From Lama guanicoe (lineage: Eukaryota), in the NCBI GenBank assembly GCA_013239625.1, contig MU054212.1, positions 1,116,001 to 1,180,000 on the forward strand: DNA of 64,000 nt, read 5' to 3'. A program made the translations under genes and the position numbers. The notes under the pieces were generated by a model. That model was given only the letters and a program-made list of their open reading frames with translations. It was not told the DNA's origin and did no database searches. Shown one piece after another: positions 55,902 through 64,000 of the stretch; the first letter of the stretch is position 1; each line of letters opens with the position of its first letter.

Positions 55902-58900
55902 GTAAGTACTATAATAAGGTTTTAATAAAAATCTATAAATTATTGCATCATTCCTAGCATACTGTCAAACTGGAGTGATACCCACGAATATTTTGTTTAA
56001 ATAATGACACTAATGCTTGTGTTTAATCACACTGATGCTTTATTATTGAACCAATTAAAATCTTGAAAAGACAAAAATAGGGAACACTCATCTTTTGCAA
56101 ACCATTTGGGTACACTGAGCCCTAAAACAGTGTGTAAACTATGACTCAAACCCTTTCCAATATGCCCTGGTGTTAGGTAAGTACAGCAAACTTAATGAGG
56201 ATTGGATTTTGAGGTAATAAAGACTCATTATATAAGATAGATTACTTATGAATGTTGTATAAACACTCTTCTTGGAAGATTATTTTAATAGAAAAAGTAT
56301 CACCTGTTTTTTTTTTCCCCCACCTCTCCCATGGTGGTTTAACTGCATTCTGGCTTGGATATATCTGCTTAGGAAAAAAAGTTGTTTTTGTGTATATGTA
56401 TAAATGTCTATCTCATGTGAACATGACAGCATGAAACTGAGTTGATGGGGGAGAAATGAAAAGGGCAAAGTTTACATGATGAAAATTTGGGAAGATTAAT
56501 ATAAGCAAAAGAGGGTATATTGGGCAAATACTAAGGGCAGGAAAAACTTTGTGGAGAAAATAGAGACCTGTAGTCAGTGTGAGAAATAACCAATGCTACA
56601 CTGGCTGACCAACATGTTAGAATGACCACAGTGAAAGAAAAGGTAGGCTCAAGTGAGTTTTGGCCACTTTTATTCTCTGCCACGTTGGTGATGTTAATAA
56701 GTAACACAGCCAAGATGGAGAGAAATCAGGGGCAAGATCTAGGAGAACATAAAAATCACGAGGGTTTGGATCTGCAGTGAAAGAAACACCCAAAACAGAC
56801 AGCAAGATTAAGAACAGCAAGAGCCAGCATCAAGGGCAGGAGAGCGAGCAACCTGCTGAGGTTCAGGAGTATGTCCCTGTCTAGCCGGGCTGCTTCCCTG
56901 CAGGGTCCTGCTGGCATTCTCAGCTCGCCGCAGGAAACAGGTCTGGGATTTGCTTACCCCCAGAGAGAGCTACAGCCGGCTGCTAGTACCCGGCCCATGC
57001 TCCCCTCCCCATGAGCCCGGTTCCCCAGGCAAGGGGATTATGGCCTTTGTGCTTGAGTCCTTCATACCAGGAGCTGTGTTTGAGAGGACCAGATGTGCAG
57101 GTTTGTTTGAGAATGGTGATAAAGTTAGGGAATCTTTATGGTGGGGCTAATTTGTTTACTGAAGAATTTACTCACCATTCAGTTAGCAAGTAGACTAAAG
57201 TAATGTGGATTTTGGTCCAGCTAGACTTAACACCTTTGAATCTTGGGGTTCAAAATGAACAGACTGGACTAATGGACCAGTGGGTCTAACCAGGAGATGG
57301 AGGTCTCCTGGTTAACCTAGTGCTTTGCATTTTCAAAAACACTATTAAAGCTTAAGGCAGCTGATCTCAAGTTTTTATAATGATGAACTATATTGAAAAT
57401 AGTACATATGTCCTATGTGCATACATACATATATTCCAAATGCGAAAAGAACAGCATCTTACCACCCAGGTTAGGAAGGAGCCAATTTAATTTTAATCAA
57501 AGCTGATTTAAAGATGTGAGGGTCATAGTTTTGAATCTGACACCACATTTCAAAACTTTTGTTTTTCAACTAGGTGTTAACTTATTCTTTCCCCATTTAT
57601 ATGTGACTTACAGTTTATAAAACACTTTCAGGTGAGCGGTTCCATTTACTATCTACACTCAGTGAGGTCAGAATTAAAACCCCCATCCTGCAGACCTGGA
57701 GGCTGATGCTCAGACCCACTGACTCGGCGACGCGTCTGTTAAATCACAGGACTGAAACCCAGAGCTTCCCGTGTACTTTCCTTTCCATGAAAAAGCTGCA
57801 GGGAAGGAAGCAGTATCATAATTTTTCGGAGTTGTTATGGCTCATGATTATATAACGCTTTACCTTTCCAGAAGGGTTGTTATTTAATAGGGGACTTCTA
57901 GAGGTAAAAATATTAAACCTGAGGATTCATCTCCGAGACGTGATTTTAGGGATGACAAGGCTGTGAGGCAGATACTTTTAAAAGGGCCAGTGGCCTTTAC
58001 AAAGTTGCTGAAGTCCCATCGTTTAAGTACGTACCAGACTGCAGTGATCCAACCCCTAGACTGGTCTTGGGGAACTGAAGACCTTGTGAAGGAATTGCAG
58101 CTCTTCCTTCACAAGGTCTTGAGTGGCAGAGTCCTTGGACTGGTGGGGGGTAGGAGGTGCAGCCTGCTGTTTTCTTACTGCTGGTGGCTCTTGGTTGAGG
58201 CAGGGGGACTCTCTGACCTAGGCTGGTCCTTGTTCCCGGGGCCTTGGGGGTGGCCCTTTCTCAGTGTTCCTGCCGGCTGTCCACGCCAGCCGAACTCTGC
58301 CTTTTATCTGTTGTCGGTCTTGAGCCAGCGTCTCCTGCCCCAGTGACGTGAGGCCTGTTTGGTGTCGGCGCAGGACCCCCCTCTCTGGCTGTCTACCCTG
58401 CTTCCACCTCTCGTGTGAGGCCCAGTGAAACGTGCCTGTGGGTGAGTGTGGCCTCTTGTGTTTGGAGTCCCAGACCATTCCAGACCGACATCCTAGCCCA
58501 CATTTGGCTTTTGTCAGTTCATGAAGATTTTAACTGATAGCTTACCAGTGAGTATGGTGGTGACCTCCTTTCCAGGCACCGCCACAGATGAGACAGTTCT
58601 GTGGCCCTTCTCTTCTTGAGGGGAGAGGGGCACTGGTCACTCTTTGGACATCAGGTTACTTGATTGCCTTGTGACTCTGCTCTCTGATGGACTTAGGGTT
58701 TTTGGTGTCCCTGTGGTTTGTTTTTTGTAGCTTTCCCTTAAGTATAAGATGAGGCTTATTTAAACAAAACTTGCCTTATTCCTGCAGCCAGAGAATTCTC
58801 TTTTCCTCCTCTGAACTTCCATAGATATTTACTGGGATCCTTGTTAAGTCCTTACACTTTTTTACCTGTAATACCTGTGTATCTTCTTATCTCCCTTACT

Positions 58901-60110
58901 GAACGTACACTTTGAGTTCTCCTCGTAACATCACCTTTACATTGTCAACACTGCCTCATACACTTCCACGTGCAGCTTAAGCACTTGGTCTGGTGTGGTG
59001 GCGGGGAGAGGGCTCTGTGTAAAAGCAGGCGGGGCGTCCCGAAAAGGTAGCTGGTTAGGATAGGAGGTCACTGCAGAGGGAGGTTAGAGTAGATGGGTCT
59101 TTTCTTTCTTTTTGAAACTTTTCTCGGCCTGGGAACATCCATGTGGGGTCCACATCCAGAGCTATGCCACCTGATTTGAGTTTACCAGGAGTCACCAGCT
59201 GTTGTGGAAGGAGATACTGTAGGACACTGTTCTTTGGAAAAGCAGCTGGACTTGTGAAGACATGTTTCCAAAGTTTCGACTCAAAGCAAATACATACTTG
59301 TAAAGGCAAATTCTACTTTTCCTGCAGATTTTATGAGAAATGTGTCCCCAAAGAGAAAATCCTCAGGAAAGCAAGCAGACGTGAACATGTTTGCTGAGTA
59401 ACGACTCGGTTGGTTAGACGGACATACGAGTGACAAGCAGAATGCTGAGTCTCATGTTCTAGCCATTCTCCAGCTCTAGGAGCTTCTCTGTCATCAGCTG
59501 TCTGGGACTTCTAAGCCATGGGGATGTTCCTTCTCCTGTCTGCATCCTCACTTTGGCTGCATTACCACACCTTGCCAGCAGGTGCTACGATTGTTAGATT
59601 AGAATATATGACATTTCCTAATGTAGAAAGATTCTGTAGTCCCCTGGTTTCTCAGTTCATTAAGTTAAACTTTATGCAGCAGTTCTCTTAAATGGGAGAG
59701 TGCCCTTACTAATAGGGCAGCATGTGTTTCATTATTATGTTATGAAGTTTTTCTTTCTTACCCCAGGTGTGGGTGAAGTTTGGATCAGGAGTTTTTTCCA
59801 GGGAGGTTTTCAGCTTAATTTTCGGCAGAGTTACGATCTGGCCCCTGATGCTGAGCAGCTGAAGGTGGTACCTGATGACCAGTTTGGCTGTAGTGCTGTA
59901 GTCACTTATTTCTAAGGAAATGACCTGAGCTGTCCTGAGTGGATATGGACAGGACAGTTTCATTATCCACATTTTAGTTACAGATGTTGGAAAGCAAAGA
60001 GTCTTTTGCACTTGTGTATATGCTGACATTTCAGTGTGCACCTAGTACTTCTTTAAGATTCCTTTTTTGGGGAATATGTGCTTATTAACCCATTTGGCAC
60101 TTATTTTCAG

Positions 60111-61192
60111 TGGAGAAGTGGTCAGATGGAACGGCACAAGAGAAAAAACCAGAATATGTGAAAGAACCAGAAGGAACATCTACAGTCTCCCAAGAACCTA
60201 AAAGGATGGAAAAATCCACAGACACAGAGGAGGACAACATCACTGGGCCGCTGTTCAGCAACAAAACCACTCAGTTCCCATCAGCTCACGCTGAGCTGCT
60301 CTCCAAGCCTGAGGAGGCACCCGAAGTGGCCTGTGGTCCTTCGAAACCGACCACCCCGAAGACTGCCACCCCGCCCTCCTCACCGTCGCCAGCAGCTATC
60401 TCACCGGAGTTTGCCTACGTCCCTGCCGACCCAGCTCAGTTTGCCGCTCAGATGTTAGGTAAAGTTTCATCTGTTCATTCTGATCAGTCTGACATCTTAA
60501 TGGTGGATGTGGCAACAAGTATGCCTGTTTCTTCCGAGATGCTGAGCTCAGAGGCTGCTGAAGATGCTACGGCGCAGGTTCTGAGCCAAACATCTGCCCG
60601 TGTAGGTTTGGGTTCTAAACCTAGAGACGATAAGGCTGAACCACCAATGGCTTCCTCCTTCCCCTTGCAGGTTGAACAAGAACCTCCTGCTTATGACCAA
60701 GCTCCCGAGGCCCCTTTGCAGGCTGCCTTTGAGGTGACATCCACCATGCACATAGCGTCTATCTTTAAAGATGAGCCTGTGATCGAAGGAATTACTTACG
60801 TTGAGCAAGTACCAGAACAAATAGTTATCCCTTTTTCTGATCACGTTGCTCATCTTAAAGGAAACGAGCAGTCACCACCACTTAGTCCCATACTTGTAGG
60901 CAAGTCAGCCTCGGGCATGTCTGGAAAATCTGTGGGTTCCGCCAAGCTTGTGCACTTGGAGAAAAATACAAACTATGATGCCTCAATACGTCTGGAGGCA
61001 GAAGGCTTTACCCAGACAGTGAGCTCTGACAAATCTATGCAACTGGAAATGGAAATCTTTGCGGTAGTGCCCAGCGATGCTGTGCTCTCCGGGGAGCCTG
61101 CGACAGTAGTGCACTCAGGTGCATCTGTAAGATCTTCTAGCGGCCCCCACTTTCCTGTTCCAGAAGGTCCTAACGAACCAGAAATCGAATGA
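60111..61192 (+). CDS. CABYR: CABYR exon 4, coding region A (acidic, P/S/T-rich) to TGA; exon continues to donor at 61232; predicted 427-aa isoform
   Basis: ttttcag acceptor; ORF 60110..61192; motifs KTTQFPS, TPPSSP, FAYVPADPAQFAAQMLG. Confidence 0.94.
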
Positions 61193-63078
61193 GCATGGGA
61201 GGCAGCGCCTGAACAAGGTTTGATGGAGCCAGGTAAGAAGGTTACTTACACAATTCAAAACTACCCTTCGGGTGACATCTGTATTTCAGGTAACTGTCCA
61301 GGTAGGCTCCCCCCAGACTGGTCAAAAAGCCTTTATTTTTAATAGTATTTAAAATGCCAAACCTAGTTAAAGGCTTTGTTGTAGTTGAGATTTTACTCTC
61401 ACGAGACGAGTGATTTTAAAGTGACATCCCCGCCCCCCGGCCTCTGTTTCGTCACCGAGCACTTTGGTGTTACTGTGAACTTACTATCGTGAAAAAATCA
61501 GATACACTCACGTGATCTGAATCCGACTCTTGCAAAACCACAACTGGGGCGTCAGCTTGAAATCTCTCACTTGTGAGTGTAACATCCGACGACAACGAAG
61601 CATTTACCCAGGGGCGGCTGTAGGGACGAAGAAATGGTGGTGTGTTCGCCTGCTTGCGCTGAGTGAGGAGCGCTCTGCAACCGGCTGGGGGCCGGGGTCC
61701 AGCACGCGTTCCCGCCCGGAGCCTCTGCAGCTGGAGGGAGCGGGAAGGTCAGGCCGGGGTCCTGGGACGCAGCAGAGCAGAAAGGCTGGGGCTTCCATCC
61801 GTTCCCCGACGGGTGCCCAGATCCAGTGGCTCCCTTGGCAGCTGGACCACCGCTCCTGCTTCCTGCGACACAGACCTGACCTCCTGTCTCGATCTGATGG
61901 TGGCACTGGACCCACTCTCCCTCCTGCTCCATCTTGCCACGTGCAGGCGCCCTTCTCCCTTGAGGGCCATGGGACACGCGTGAACCAGCCTCCTCCATCC
62001 TGTTGCAGAAACTCTCAACCAGAGTGATAAAGAAGTGTTACTAAAGCAGGTGTTTAGAGGTCAGATTGTCTGGCAGTGTGACAGGGATCCTGCACAGCTG
62101 AAAGGGCGGAGGGCGGCCTGCAGGGCTGGCGTTACACTTGTGGCTGAAGCACATCCCAAGCGCTGTTCTCAGGATACTTCCCCAAAACCCTGAAGACTTG
62201 GCTTGTGCACAGTTTTAATTAGCTCCAAGAACGATCAGTTCAAAGTGTCTGAAGCTACTGAAAACATCAGCTTAATCATGTGCACAGTGTTATTTTCTTT
62301 TCTGGGGAAGGAAAAAAAGGCTGGTCCATCAGGGACCTCTTCTCCCCTGTCCCACCATCTGGGACTCAGTTCTCCAAGACAGCTCTGTTCAATCAGGCCA
62401 GTCCGACCTGACGAGATAGATCCCTTGGTGTCAGTGGACGGACAGTGCTTGGGTCCTCTTTTTAAAGACGCACCATGTGACTGGCCAGCTCTCTACTGCC
62501 ACCCAGGGCCTATGACTTCAAGCCTTGCCTAAAGGGGAGCACGTGCTCTTAGGTTCTGAGTCCTAGATGATGTGAGGTTTTGTGTGTGGAGACCAGTTAA
62601 CAGAAGATGACGGTGCCTGTGCTGTGCCAGAGAGATGTGATCAAAAGATGACAGCCAGCGCTGACTTCTTTAGTAAAGAAAAAAATCACTTTGCAGATGC
62701 ATTAACACTTTTTCACTAGCATAACACACTCTTCAACTGATTTTTTTTGGTAGAGCTAAAAGTGTTGATTCTCCATTTCCTTGCTGAAGCCACAGCTAAA
62801 GTTCAGTACCTGGAAACAGCAGCGTAAAAGGAGACTGCTTCTCAGCCACAACCCTAGTTTCCCTGCCCACTGCCAGCACGACGCCATTCTCGCCTTCCAG
62901 CTGTCGAGAATCTCCCCCCTTTCACATTACCAAGCACAACTGAGCCCTCTCTATAGCATGCTTTATGGCACACGTTACTACAGCTGTTTTGTTTAGATGT
63001 ACAAAAACTGAGACATTTCTGTGCATAGCGCCTGTTACAGAGACCAAACCTTTAACACCTGCAATTTTTTTCTTATAG

Positions 63079-63677
63079 CACTAGCAGCAAGCGAAGCAGG
63101 ACAACCACCACCATATTCTAACATGTGGACCCTTTACTGTTTAACTGATATGACTCAGCCAAGTCGCCCGTCACCGCCACCTGCACCCGGGCCTTTCCCC
63201 CAAGCCACCCTCTATTTATCTAACCCTAAGGAGCCACAGTTCCTGCAGCACCCTCCGCAAGTGACTTCTCCGACTTATGTGATGATGGACGACAGCAAGA
63301 AGGCCAGTGTCCCGCCTTTTATCTTAGTGGGCTCCAACGTTCAGGACGCACAGGACTGGAAGCCTGTTCCTGGACATGCTGTTGTCTCCCAGGCAGAGAC
63401 CTTGAAGAGATACGCTGCAGTGCAAGTGCCCATTGCTGTTCCTGCAGACCAGAAATTCCAGAAACTCACCCCAAGTTCCCAGAATGCTAGTCCTCCTACA
63501 GGTGGACAAGAGGGCCCCAGACCCCAAAGCCCAGTTTTTCTTTCTGTTGCTTTCCCGGTAGAAGATGTAACCAAAAAAGGTTCAGGATCTGGTGACAAGC
63601 GTACTCCCTGTGGAAGTTACGGTATTGCTGGAGAAATAACCGTGACTACCGCCCAAGTTCGCAAAGCAGAAACCTAA
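63079..63677 (+). CDS. CABYR: CABYR exon 5, coding region B, (A)LAASEAGQPPPYSNMWTLYCLTD...VRKAET*; exon ends 63686
   Basis: tcttatag acceptor; ORF 63021..63677; cag|gtaaat donor 9 nt after TAA. Confidence 0.93.
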
Positions 63678-64000
63678 AACTGGCAGGTAAATTCTCCCGT
63701 AACATGTGGGCCTCGACACTCTCGAGGTTTCAGCAATTTGATTTGTTGACCTGGAGATCGCATATTTCAATGCAATTTCTTAAAAAAATTTCAGTGAGTT
63801 TGGTCAACTCTCGAGGTGGAGGCTGTCCCCACCTTCCTTACCACCAGCTACTCTATGCATGGCAGGCGCCCTGCACATTCACAACTCACCGAGGAGGGGT
63901 GCCTAAAACACAAACCAGTCAACCCACTCACTTACCTCTCAATACTTGGTTCTGTGTCTCGCCCTGCGGAAGATGCCAAAAGGGGGTGAATGAAAAAGGG

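Noticed and set aside
61190..61200. TGA as a selenocysteine codon or canonical programmed readthrough; nearby UGGGA as a calicivirus-like reinitiation motif
   Set aside because: Context is TGA-GCA, not TGA-CTAG; no SECIS recognised and the 3' UTR is outside the window; UGGGA lies after the stop rather than upstream of it
61530..62027. Cluster of 89-165 aa ORFs in CABYR intron 4
   Set aside because: GC-rich intron sequence, open in several frames, with no known homology

Overview
Mammalian genomic DNA, most likely camelid: the tRNA-Ala-derived SINEs and L1 3' ends resemble camelid families (recognised from memory, not from a search). The window holds two + strand genes. The first is TTC39C, coding exons 2-14 (1644-47457, 1585 coding nt, all GT-AG and in frame; exon 1 lies upstream), followed by its 3' UTR. 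The second is CABYR, the sperm fibrous-sheath RIIa-domain protein, with a CpG-island TATA/CRE promoter near 52.8 kb and exons 1-5; the final UTR exon lies beyond the window. Introns contain L1, L2, MIR, MER21, MER2, MER5 and SINE remnants. Most ORF-track entries are spurious. Three observations stand out: (1) CABYR coding regions A and B are one reading frame broken by a single TGA, apparently at a different codon from the human stop; (2) a TSD-bounded L1 insertion carries about 450 bp of extra 3' sequence, including a SINE tail (transduction or composite element); (3) a near-perfect 96-bp duplication with inverted-repeat flanks sits inside an old L2. No wholly new gene system could be supported from the sequence.
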